Of a DNA stretch of 64,000 nucleotides, positions 55,334 through 64,000 are shown in pieces (position 1 is the stretch's first letter; every line of letters begins with the position of its first letter). The position numbers were made by a program, and so were the translations under genes. The notes beneath the pieces are model-generated. The model saw only the letters and a program-made list of their open reading frames with translations, was not told the origin of the DNA and made no database searches. The DNA lies in assembly GCA_964291405.2 (NCBI GenBank), contig OZ219926.1, forward strand, positions 2,240,001 through 2,304,000. Reading direction: 5' to 3'. The stretch comes from Thermodesulfobacteriota bacterium (GTDB taxonomy: Bacteria > Desulfobacterota > Binatia > Bin18).

Positions 55334-55888
55334 ATGGCGAGCTGTTCTCACCCCTCACGACTCATTTCTCTTGTGTACGATAACGAGCTTGATGAAGCTC
55401 GGCGTTACGAAGCTGCTGCTCAGATCGCCAATTGTCCGGAGTGTACCCACCGGATGCAACGGCTCGAACGCACGCACGAGGTACTGAGTCAGACACTCGA
55501 CGAGGAAGTCTCTGATGTTGATTTCTCGGATTTCTGGCCTCGGATTGAGCAGGGAATAGCAGCTCAACCTTCATCTCTGACGAGTCAGTGGGCGAGTCGT
55601 TTTCGACTCTGGCGTATGCAGTGGCACGCCCCTTTTTCGTGGCATGTTCCGGCGTGGGCAACGGCTGTGGGACTCTTTCTCTTCACTGCAGCTGTCTCCA
55701 CTCAGCTCCCAACTTCGAGAGGAGCCGTGCAGATCCCGGCTGCCAAAAAGCCGGTGGTAGTAGCCCTCAACAACCAAGCGCAGATCGAATCTCTCTCCGC
55801 GACCTCGACCGTCCTGGTCTGGAATGAGCCGACGAGCAATGCCACAGTCATCTGGGTCGATGAGATACTGGGGGAAGAGCTGCCATGA
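55334..55888 (+). CDS. Anti-sigma factor (zinc-finger ZAS-like, TM)
   Basis: DNEL...QIANCPEC, TM helix, NATVIWV C-terminus; follows the ECF sigma. Confidence 0.8.
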   Translation: MASCSHPSRLISLVYDNELDEARRYEAAAQIANCPECTHRMQRLERTHEVLSQTLDEEVSDVDFSDFWPRIEQGIAAQPSSLTSQWASRFRLWRMQWHAPFSWHVPAWATAVGLFLFTAAVSTQLPTSRGAVQIPAAKKPVVVALNNQAQIESLSATSTVLVWNEPTSNATVIWVDEILGEELP

Positions 55889-56373
55889 ATATGCGTCACC
55901 TGTCCTTTTCCGTGCCAGCCGTCCTCGTGTTTTTCCTGTGTCCCGCCTCAGTTGCCGCAGGGGATATGGTTCATATTCGTGTTGAGACCGTCCTGGCAAC
56001 CGACGCCTCGCAAGAATTTGATAATCGTCTGACCGGGATGCGTTCTCAGCTTCTGGCCTTCCGCTATTCTGCCTATCGTCTGGTTCAGGAGGAGCGGCGT
56101 AAAGTCGAGTTTGGCAAGCAGGTAAACTTCTCTTTGCCCGGTGGACGGTTCCTCCAGGTCGTTCCAAAAGAGTATGTGAATGAACAGATTGCGCTTCACG
56201 TGATGCTTATGGAAGGCGCCTCTCCTTCTCCGCTGATGAGCACGCTTCTATCAATTCCGAATCGCGGCATGCTTTTTGTCGGTGGGCGCAAACACCAAGG
56301 CGGAACGCTCATCATTCGTATCGGCGCAGCGGCGGACACCCGCCCGCCCGCCATCATCAAGACGGAAGAATAA
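55885..56373 (+). CDS. Exported hypothetical protein
   Basis: Signal peptide; ATGA overlap with the anti-sigma gene. Confidence 0.7.
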   Translation: MNMRHLSFSVPAVLVFFLCPASVAAGDMVHIRVETVLATDASQEFDNRLTGMRSQLLAFRYSAYRLVQEERRKVEFGKQVNFSLPGGRFLQVVPKEYVNEQIALHVMLMEGASPSPLMSTLLSIPNRGMLFVGGRKHQGGTLIIRIGAAADTRPPAIIKTEE

Positions 56374-56434
56374 CCTCGCCCTTCCTCGACTGCGGTCCTT
56401 CCGGCAGGCAGCAGGCTGCTTCACCTGACGACGG

Positions 56435-57247
56435 TTATCTCAGCAGGTGGTAGCCTATACTCACCAGACCACCGAGGGGCCATACATACCACGCAAACAG
56501 GTGAAACCGCTCTTGTTGGACGAGGCGGAGGATGAGAGCAATCGCCGCATAGCCGACGCTGCCGGCGACAACCATACCCGCCACGTAGGGACCGAGTGGC
56601 GGGAGGGCCTGTTCCTCCAGCTTTGCAACTTCCAGCAGGGTTGCCCCAAGAATAGCCGGAATAGATATAAGCAAAGAGAAACGCGCCGCAAGTTCTCGCT
56701 TGAGGCCAAGGAGAATACCCCCTGTAATCGTCGCCCCAGAACGAGATATGCCTGGAATAACGGCAAAGCCCTGAAGGATACCGATGACGAGTGCGTGGCG
56801 CGCGTGCATGTGCGTTGTCGGCGTATGGGCTTCCTGTCCCTTGCCCCACCAGAGAAAGCAACCTGTCAGGAGGAGCATACAGCCAACGACATCGGGACGG
56901 ATGAAAAATGAAATGAAAAAGGTATCGATACACAGCCCGAGGAGTGCGGTCGGGATCAAGGCCAAAACGATATAGCCAACGGTTTGTCTTTCGCGCCCAG
57001 AGAAGACACTCGGCGAAGGAGGCGCGGAGTGGATGAGGCCGGTACAGAGTCCGTAAATGTCGTGACGGAAATAGGTCAGGAGCGCGATCGCAGTCGCGAC
57101 ATGAAGGGCAATATTATACAGGAGATCAATTTCTCCCGAACCGCCAAAGAAATATTGGACAAGGACGAGATGGCCGGAAGAAGAAACAGGTAGGAACTCG
57201 GTTAAGCCTTGCAAAACGGCGAGCAGACAGGCGTCAAAATATCCCAT
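56435..57247 (-). CDS. uppP: Undecaprenyl-diphosphate phosphatase
   Basis: QGLTEFLPVSSSGH, PGISRSGATI. Confidence 0.95.
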   Translation of the reverse strand: MGYFDACLLAVLQGLTEFLPVSSSGHLVLVQYFFGGSGEIDLLYNIALHVATAIALLTYFRHDIYGLCTGLIHSAPPSPSVFSGRERQTVGYIVLALIPTALLGLCIDTFFISFFIRPDVVGCMLLLTGCFLWWGKGQEAHTPTTHMHARHALVIGILQGFAVIPGISRSGATITGGILLGLKRELAARFSLLISIPAILGATLLEVAKLEEQALPPLGPYVAGMVVAGSVGYAAIALILRLVQQERFHLFAWYVWPLGGLVSIGYHLLR

Positions 57248-57395
57248 GGCACATGCTTCTGATAGAGAGACCAGCGACAAGAGGGGAAGCTTCTAGGGAT
57301 ATATCAATAAATCCATGGGATGTTGCCTCCCCTTGTTTCGTCCGTTTGGAGGGGAGGGAAGCGGAGCGCGTGCCCCTGCTCTCGTCCGTGCTGTT

Positions 57396-57980
57396 TCAGT
57401 CCGTTTCTGACTCTGACTGAAATAGGGGTAAGGAGTCCTCAATGTCTCGAAGGAATGGAGCGGCCGAGTCTTTTGCTGAGATCAGTGGCGTCTTCAGCGG
57501 CCACTCAATGCCAATGTCTGGATCATTCCAGGCCAAGCAAATTTCATCGTTTGGATCATAGAAATCCGTACACTTATAGGCAATTTGAGCGCGTTCACTC
57601 AGGACAGCGAAGCCGTGGGCAAAACCGGGGGGGATATAGAGCTGACGAAAATTTTCGGCTGAGAGGACAACGCTTGTCCATTGGGCAAAGGTTGCGGAGC
57701 CTCGTCGAATATCTACCGCCACATCAAAAATTTCGCCCTCCAAAGCCCGTATCAGCTTTCCTTGAGGGTACTGAATCTGGGCGTGGAGCCCGCGGAGCGT
57801 GCCGTACGATGATTGAGAATGGTTATCCTGGACAAAAGCCGCCTTTATCCCCCCCTCTTTATAGGTACGGGCGTGGTAGGTTTCGAGGAAGAACCCGCGG
57901 GCATCGTGGTACACGTCCGGTTCAACCACAGTCACGCCTGGGAGTCTGGTCGGGAGAAAGCGCATAACTGCTCTCTTCAT
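57396..57980 (-). CDS. rfbC: dTDP-4-dehydrorhamnose 3,5-epimerase
   Basis: [25 protein letters not shown]. Confidence 0.95.
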   Translation of the reverse strand: MKRAVMRFLPTRLPGVTVVEPDVYHDARGFFLETYHARTYKEGGIKAAFVQDNHSQSSYGTLRGLHAQIQYPQGKLIRALEGEIFDVAVDIRRGSATFAQWTSVVLSAENFRQLYIPPGFAHGFAVLSERAQIAYKCTDFYDPNDEICLAWNDPDIGIEWPLKTPLISAKDSAAPFLRDIEDSLPLFQSESETD

Positions 57981-58852
57981 GATGATTCATTCTGAACCAA
58001 ACGGAAGAGATATTGGCCGTAGGCATTGCCTTTCATGCTTTTAGCCTGCTGGACCACTTCAGTTTCAGAAATATACCCCATGGTATAAGCAATTTCTTCG
58101 ACGCAGGCGACCATTAAGCCCTGCCGGTCTTGCAGGGCTTGAATAAAATTCGAGGCGTGGAGCAGTGACTCATGGGTCCCGGTATCCAACCAGGCGATTC
58201 CTCGACCAAGTTTTTCCACATGCAGCCCTCCCAGGCGGAGATAGGCCCGATTCACATCCGTGATTTCTAATTCGCCCCGGTTGGAGGGTCTGAGGTCTGT
58301 GGCAACGGAGACAATCTGATTGTCATAGAAATAGAGGCCGGTGATCGCGTAGCTCGAACGCGGTTTGGCCGGTTTCTCTTCGAGACCAATGGCTCGTCCT
58401 TGGGTGTCGAATTCCACGACTCCGTACTGTTCTGGGTTGCGGACTTGATAGGCAAAAATGGTCGCCCCACTGGTCCGCTGGGTCGCGACACGCAGAGAGT
58501 CTGGAAAGCCGTGGCCATAGAAGATGTTATCGCCGAGAACAAGCGCAACCGCGTCACCACCAATGAAATCACGGCCAATCAGAAAGGCTTGGGCAATGCC
58601 TTCGGGGCGAGGTTGCGTCGCATAACTAATCTCTATGCCAAGCCACCGGCCGTCTTTCAGGAGGCGCTGGAAGCCCTCCTGCTCATGCGGGGTGGTAATG
58701 ATCAGGATCTGCCGAATCCCCGCCAGCATCAGGGTGGAGAGCGGATAATAGATCATGGGTTTATCGTAGATAGGCATGAGTTGCTTGCTGACTGCCCGGG
58801 TAATGGGATACAGCCGCGTCCCGGAGCCACCGGCGAGGATAATGCCTTTCAT
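57977..58852 (-). CDS. rfbA: Glucose-1-phosphate thymidylyltransferase
   Basis: [39 protein letters not shown]. Confidence 0.97.
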   Translation of the reverse strand: MKGIILAGGSGTRLYPITRAVSKQLMPIYDKPMIYYPLSTLMLAGIRQILIITTPHEQEGFQRLLKDGRWLGIEISYATQPRPEGIAQAFLIGRDFIGGDAVALVLGDNIFYGHGFPDSLRVATQRTSGATIFAYQVRNPEQYGVVEFDTQGRAIGLEEKPAKPRSSYAITGLYFYDNQIVSVATDLRPSNRGELEITDVNRAYLRLGGLHVEKLGRGIAWLDTGTHESLLHASNFIQALQDRQGLMVACVEEIAYTMGYISETEVVQQAKSMKGNAYGQYLFRLVQNESS

Positions 58853-59949
58853 GATCTATCCTTTGTCAGGGACGCAGCATCTAATCCCAGACGCTCTCGG
58901 TTATACCTGTCCGCCTCAATGGCTTCGCACCACCGCCGATTGTCCACATACCAACGGACCGTCTGTGCCAGGCCGTGCTCGAATGTATAGCGTGGTCGCC
59001 AACCGAGATGGGTTCTGATTTTTGTTGCATCGATGGCATAGCGTCTATCATGGCCAGGACGATCGGTCACAAATGTCATCAGGTCGGAGTAGGTTGTAAT
59101 GCCTCGCTTCTTAAGAGTCGCGTTTTTTGAGGCGGGTAGCAGTTCCTCAAGAATGGTACAGACCTGCTCCACAACCGCACGATTGGTCCGCTCATCCCCC
59201 CCCCCGATATTATATTGTTCACCACTCTTGCCCTGCCGCAAAACAAGCAGAATGCCCCGACAATGGTCTTCAACGTGCAGCCAGTCACGGACGTGTTGTC
59301 CGTCGCCATAGATTGGGAGAGGTTTGCCCTCAAGAGCGTTCAGAATCATCAGCGGAATGAGTTTTTCCGGAAACTGATACGGGCCATAATTATTGGAACA
59401 ACTCGTGATCAGCGTGTGCAGACCATACGTCTCGTAATAGGCTCGGGCAAAATGATCGGCGCTCGCCTTTGAGGCGGAATACGGCGAATTCGGCGCGTAT
59501 GGGCTGGATTCGGAAAAGCGGCCCAGCGGCCCGAGGCTGCCGTAGACCTCGTCTGTCGAGACGTGCAAAAGTCGGAACTGCCCCTGAGCGTCCAGGGAAG
59601 CTGCATATTTTCGGGCCTCCTCCAGCAAATAAAATGTCCCTATCAGATTCGTTTCAACAAACGGCCAGGGATTGTCAATAGAACGGTCCACGTGAGTCTC
59701 CGCGGCGCAGTTCACCACGGCCTGGGGCCGATACGTTCGGAATAATTCCGCCACCGCCGTCCGCTCGGCTATATCGGTCTGGGAAAAAGTCACGCGCGGA
59801 TTGTGGAGGACATCTTCAAGATTGTTCAGACTGCCGGCATATGTCAACTTATCAACGATAACGAGAGAGGTCGTTGTTTCAGCCAGGGCGAGGCGGACCA
59901 GATTACTCCCGATAAACCCTGCCCCACCAGTGATCAGTATGGTCTCCAT
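58849..59949 (-). CDS. rfbB: dTDP-glucose 4,6-dehydratase
   Basis: [44 protein letters not shown]. Confidence 0.97.
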   Translation of the reverse strand: METILITGGAGFIGSNLVRLALAETTTSLVIVDKLTYAGSLNNLEDVLHNPRVTFSQTDIAERTAVAELFRTYRPQAVVNCAAETHVDRSIDNPWPFVETNLIGTFYLLEEARKYAASLDAQGQFRLLHVSTDEVYGSLGPLGRFSESSPYAPNSPYSASKASADHFARAYYETYGLHTLITSCSNNYGPYQFPEKLIPLMILNALEGKPLPIYGDGQHVRDWLHVEDHCRGILLVLRQGKSGEQYNIGGGDERTNRAVVEQVCTILEELLPASKNATLKKRGITTYSDLMTFVTDRPGHDRRYAIDATKIRTHLGWRPRYTFEHGLAQTVRWYVDNRRWCEAIEADRYNRERLGLDAASLTKDRS

Positions 59950-60075
59950 ACGTGCTCGGGTCCGTGTCTTTCGCCACCCGCCTTCGTATCAGCCGCTGGG
60001 CTGATACGTCCCATTCTAGACCAGTGGAAAGCGTGTTCACAGCCCGTCGGGCGGGTGAGGTTGATGTCGGGCTGT

Positions 60076-61440
60076 TTATGCGTTGTCCGTAGTCGGCAGG
60101 AGGCTGGCCAGCACCTCGCGATAGCTTGTTGGGTTCAGGCGAAACGTCGGGTAGTCTCGATCAACTCCGGTGTAATAGCGGAGCAGGATCAGGTAGCGCC
60201 GAACCAATTCTGGTAGCAGGAAGTTTTGGCGCACGTGTTCCTGGGCTTGTCGACCGAGTTGGGCCGTTTGCTCTGGCTCATCAAGAATCCGAGCCATTTT
60301 CGTCGCAATTGCCTCAACGTCCATCGGTTCAACCAGATAGCCCGTCTGCTCGTCAACGACCTGCTGCACAATCCCTCCGACACGCGAGCCAATGACCGGG
60401 GTGCCTTGCCACAGCGCCTCGGACACGACCAAACCAAAGCCCTCGCGGGTTGAGACATGGACGAAACCACGAGCCAGACGCATCAGCGAACCGACAACCT
60501 GATCGTTGTTTTCGACATTGACCCAGAAGCGAATATCAGGGTCGGCGCCAGCTTGCGTTTGCAATTGCTCCAGCATGGCTTCGCCTTCGGGGTCGTCGGT
60601 GGCGGTGTTGCCCAGAAAGATGAGGTAGGGCGCTGGGTCATAGGTCTTGTGCTGACGCAGACGTTTGAAGGCGCTCAGGATAGACGCCTGATTTTTATGG
60701 ATGTCATAGCGTGAAATGGCAGCGAGAATCGGACGGTCCGGGTCGATCGCATGCTGCCGGAACAGTGGGGTGAGCACCTCTTTGGCACGGGTTTCAGTAT
60801 ACTGCTGATTTTTTTCCGCACGCGGGTCTATGCACGGCGTAATCTGGTATTGGGGAATCTGTAGTCCCGGTCCGACAAACTCGGGCATGGTAAAAATCGC
60901 ACCCGCGTACTGGTTGAGATAGGGGGCCAGGAAGCGCCACACCGTCCGGTTCGGAGTTGACGTGTCAATATGGCACCGCCACAGCACATTACCCACGAGC
61001 AGACCGCTCATAATCAGCGCCGCGGGCTGAGGATCATGGACAACGATCAGATCAGATTCGATAGCGGCGTTTTGAGCGTGAGCGGCCAGATTATCCAAAT
61101 AGGTTTCAAACAGTTCCTGAAGAGAAATCGGCTGGTCCACGCCCTGGAGTGTATTGTGAAACTTCTTGGTGACGTGAAAAAACGCCTCATAGCCCTGGAT
61201 GGTAAACCAGCGAGCGTGGACCCCGAGCGAGTGGGCAAGCGGAATCACGCTCCGCAGCATCTCCGCCACCCCACCGCCCACAAAGGTTGAGTTGATATTT
61301 GCCCAGCCTTTCCCCTCAACGGGAGTGGTAAGTCGCTTGAGCGCATCGACCCGTTCCTGACCGATATAGGGCTCGTATTCGTCAATCGTCAGGATTGATT
61401 CCGGTGCGTATTCTTCCAGCCTGACAGGCCCGTCGCTCAT
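60076..61440 (-). CDS. treT: Trehalose glycosyltransferring synthase TreT-like (GT4)
   Basis: INSTFVGGGVAEML, TKKFHNTLQG, VHDPQP, WRCHIDTS, EGFGLVVSEALW. Confidence 0.85.
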   Translation of the reverse strand: MSDGPVRLEEYAPESILTIDEYEPYIGQERVDALKRLTTPVEGKGWANINSTFVGGGVAEMLRSVIPLAHSLGVHARWFTIQGYEAFFHVTKKFHNTLQGVDQPISLQELFETYLDNLAAHAQNAAIESDLIVVHDPQPAALIMSGLLVGNVLWRCHIDTSTPNRTVWRFLAPYLNQYAGAIFTMPEFVGPGLQIPQYQITPCIDPRAEKNQQYTETRAKEVLTPLFRQHAIDPDRPILAAISRYDIHKNQASILSAFKRLRQHKTYDPAPYLIFLGNTATDDPEGEAMLEQLQTQAGADPDIRFWVNVENNDQVVGSLMRLARGFVHVSTREGFGLVVSEALWQGTPVIGSRVGGIVQQVVDEQTGYLVEPMDVEAIATKMARILDEPEQTAQLGRQAQEHVRQNFLLPELVRRYLILLRYYTGVDRDYPTFRLNPTSYREVLASLLPTTDNA

Positions 61441-61586
61441 GGTGTCTGTCCTTATGACCGCCCCGTCTCGTATGACAAGTATATGTGGTTCAGCCGCAAA
61501 AATCCGTCCACCTTGCTACGCGGATATGTTGCCCTCATACCATGTGGAATGGGAGCCGACCAGAAAATCTGGCGCTATACAAAGTC

Positions 61587-63197
61587 TCAATTGAGACGGG
61601 TTGTCAATGGGGGAACAGGAGCGAGCTGATGCTCAGGGCGCAAAAGGTCCATCACCGTCTTGACGGGGTGGAATGTACTGCCCGGCACTTCCACAAAGAC
61701 CGTATTCCAGTGCGCCATAGCACCGTTCCACAGCCCCGGTAATTCGAGGGCCCGCAGGGAACGTCCGTCTTTTGATTTCTCGGAGATAAATCCGGTGGCG
61801 GGATCGACGAAATGAGCTAACGGAAAAGGGCGTCCACGATAGTCTCGCACACCACAGACGAGATCAACCGGATTGAAGTGGGTGGCCGCTTGCCAGCGTG
61901 CTCGTTGCTCCGCGTTTGTCATATCGACTTGGGAAGACTCGACAATTTGGCGCGAGGTCGTGCCGTCGGTCTGTCTGACCCAGAAGGGCCCTCCCCCCGG
62001 CTCTCCAGTATTTTTCACCACCCCACACACGCGCAACGGCCGATCGAGTTGAGCAATGAGAAGATCACGCTGGTACGGCATTGCGGTGCGCTCAAAGTCT
62101 TGCGGCAGGACAAGCGACAACTGGTCCTGAGCAAAGCTACGGGCAGTATCAAGAGCGATACGTGCGCCGTCCGACTCACTGGGGAGGGAGGCTTTGAGCC
62201 GTGCAATATGAGAAAATGCCTGTTGTTGGAGGTGGAGAAGAGAGCCGCACAGGAGTTTTTTATATTGGTAGGTATCGGGCTTGAGTCGGTCGGGCAGGAC
62301 ATTATCGATATTCTTAATAAAAATGATATCGCCTTGAAGGTCGGCCAGGTTTTCCAATAAAGCACCGTGTCCGCCGGGACGAAAAACAAGGGCGCCATTG
62401 CTATCTCTGACCGGGATGTTGTCTGCGTCCACGGCGATGGTGTCTGTCGAGGGCTTCTGAATAGAATACGAAATGTCGAGTTGAGCGCCCCGCTGAGCGT
62501 AGCGGTGACACACGCTATCAAGATACGTCTGAATGGCCCGCTGGTGGGGCGCGGGAACCGTGAAGTGCAACCGCGCAACGGAGGAGGCATCCCGGACATA
62601 CTCCAGCGCTTCAACCAGATGTTCCTCAAAAGCGGTCCGGGTATGGTCTCCGTAGGCGTGAAATGGCACGAGCCCTTTGGGCAGGTTGGCGTAGTTCAAT
62701 CCGGTTGGAGTGAGGAGATAGGTGAGAAGCGTGTGATACCGTCCCTGACTCAGCAGTTCCTCCAGCGTATGGCCGTCTCTGTGTAAGACTGTCCGCAGTT
62801 CCTGGGCAAAAGCAAAGTGGTCAAGCTGGCCGAGAAAGCGCCGAAACGTCTGACAGTCGATATCTCCCTCGGCCGCTCTCCCGGACAGCGCCGAATTCGA
62901 GAGCAACTCCGGCTGCCGGGAAAAAGAGATGAGGAGTTGAAACATGCGACTGGCTGCACCCGAAGCAGGAACAAACTTGATCAGGCGGCTTGCTGCTGCG
63001 GCCTCGGTATGCAGCTGTACCAAGTGATCAGTCTCTGCTGGTATGCGGTCAATCCCGTCACCAAGCGTACACGCTCGCTCCAACTGAACAGGAGGGAAGC
63101 CCTGCTGAAACTGCTGAATATAGGTCGCAATCGCCTCGGGTAACATCCCGCGGGCCTGAAGCTCTGTACGGTCCTCAGCGGTCAGCGCATAGTGCAT
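61587..63197 (-). CDS. DUF4301 family protein (nucleotidyltransferase-like)
   Basis: KFVPASGAASRMF, QKPSTDTIAVD, FRPGGHGALLENL, IKNIDNV, GEPGGGPF, LELPGLWNGAM. Confidence 0.88.
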   Translation of the reverse strand: MHYALTAEDRTELQARGMLPEAIATYIQQFQQGFPPVQLERACTLGDGIDRIPAETDHLVQLHTEAAAASRLIKFVPASGAASRMFQLLISFSRQPELLSNSALSGRAAEGDIDCQTFRRFLGQLDHFAFAQELRTVLHRDGHTLEELLSQGRYHTLLTYLLTPTGLNYANLPKGLVPFHAYGDHTRTAFEEHLVEALEYVRDASSVARLHFTVPAPHQRAIQTYLDSVCHRYAQRGAQLDISYSIQKPSTDTIAVDADNIPVRDSNGALVFRPGGHGALLENLADLQGDIIFIKNIDNVLPDRLKPDTYQYKKLLCGSLLHLQQQAFSHIARLKASLPSESDGARIALDTARSFAQDQLSLVLPQDFERTAMPYQRDLLIAQLDRPLRVCGVVKNTGEPGGGPFWVRQTDGTTSRQIVESSQVDMTNAEQRARWQAATHFNPVDLVCGVRDYRGRPFPLAHFVDPATGFISEKSKDGRSLRALELPGLWNGAMAHWNTVFVEVPGSTFHPVKTVMDLLRPEHQLAPVPPLTTRLN

Positions 63198-63424
63198 AGA
63201 TCACCCTCTACGACTTCCATCCATGAGAAATTTCTCTCCAGCAGGATAAATCTTATCCCATCCCTTTACAGCCAGAGTCCTGTGGTTCGTCAAGACCAAT
63301 CGACCACAGGCCATCAACTTCCTACTAGGCAGTTGGGTTGGAATATGGTTGCATGCGCAAACCCCTGTCCTTCTCAGATAACCGAAGCGGTTGAGGGGCA
63401 AGGCTGCGCACCAAGGAGAGTTAT

Positions 63425-64000
63425 ATGGCCGTTGAGATCCCTGTCCTCACCCAACAATTACAAGCATTCTGCCTCAGCCATTATGGACAAGACGCGAGCG
63501 TCCACCAGGTCGAGGCCATGCCGGGCCATGCCGGGCTGAGTTTTGGCTTCACCGTGACCTATGAAAAAGCCGGCCAGGCTGAAAACGAATCTCTGGTCAT
63601 GCGTCTGCCACCCAAAGGCGTTCGCCAAAGCGGGAATACCGATGTCCTGCGCCAGGCGCCTTTACTGCGTACGCTCAAGAAGAACGGGATGCCTGTCCCT
63701 GAGGTACGTTGGGCCGGAGACGACCTGCGCTGGTTCGAGGTCCCGTACCTGATGGTCGAACGCCTGCCCGGCCGCACCTTCCACGTCTGGGAACCCGACG
63801 CGTCGTTTAGCCGGAACGCCGAGGCCGTCGCGCTGCTCTACCGGCAAGGGGTGCAGGCTTTAATCCAGGTCCACCAGCTCGATTGGAAAACCGAACTGGC
63901 GGGCTGGGAAGCGCCTCGCTCGCTCGAACAGGAAATCCGCTTCTGGGATCCTATTTTAGCCAAGGCCGCAGAGCCGGAATGGATCACCTGGGGCGAAGAG
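63425..64000 (+). CDS. Aminoglycoside phosphotransferase-like (APH/ACAD10-N) kinase, truncated by window end
   Basis: Not in ORF track. AAGGAG SD; MAVEIPVL...LVMRLPPKG..DVLRQ..PVPEVRW..PYLMVERLPG; open to the end. Confidence 0.82.
   Translation, partial: MAVEIPVLTQQLQAFCLSHYGQDASVHQVEAMPGHAGLSFGFTVTYEKAGQAENESLVMRLPPKGVRQSGNTDVLRQAPLLRTLKKNGMPVPEVRWAGDDLRWFEVPYLMVERLPGRTFHVWEPDASFSRNAEAVALLYRQGVQALIQVHQLDWKTELAGWEAPRSLEQEIRFWDPILAKAAEPEWITWGEE

Noticed and set aside
59985-60008. Perfect 10-bp stem hairpin between treT and rfbB
   Set aside because: No U-tract and a single copy; function cannot be assigned.
1-64000. tRNA/rRNA genes, prophage, integrase, autonomous transposase, reverse transcriptase/DGR
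   Set aside because: No matching motifs seen on either strand.

Overview
GC-rich bacterial chromosomal segment with no rRNA, tRNA or CRISPR array. The gene content loosely suggests an uncultured deltaproteobacterium-like organism (low-confidence inference). 1-20.8 kb: a complete Tad/Flp pilus locus, with cpaA-cpaB on + and tadD to tadC on -. It is bracketed by three paralogous TetR genes and a LuxR-type regulator. A cytochrome c peroxidase and an apparently His-less DAHL-type sensor kinase sit inside the pilus operon. REP-like palindromes are dense here, and several lie in frame inside cleaved leader peptides or a disordered secretin linker. 21-64 kb: mostly housekeeping or metabolic genes (rpoD, anmK, ispD, pilT, type-2 ileS, Gld-like ABC transporter, ECF sigma/anti-sigma, uppP, rmlBAC, treT). 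The main oddities are a circularly permuted SCP2 lipid carrier; a toxin-antitoxin array whose toxins are broken or deleted; a PadR gene that seems to start at ATT and heads an ExbB-ExbD-(TonB-like TM + vWA)-large TPR operon; a split double ClpX-zinc-finger/HTH gene with its own operators; and two copies of a 156-bp MITE. All family assignments come from motif recognition by eye; no database searches were run.
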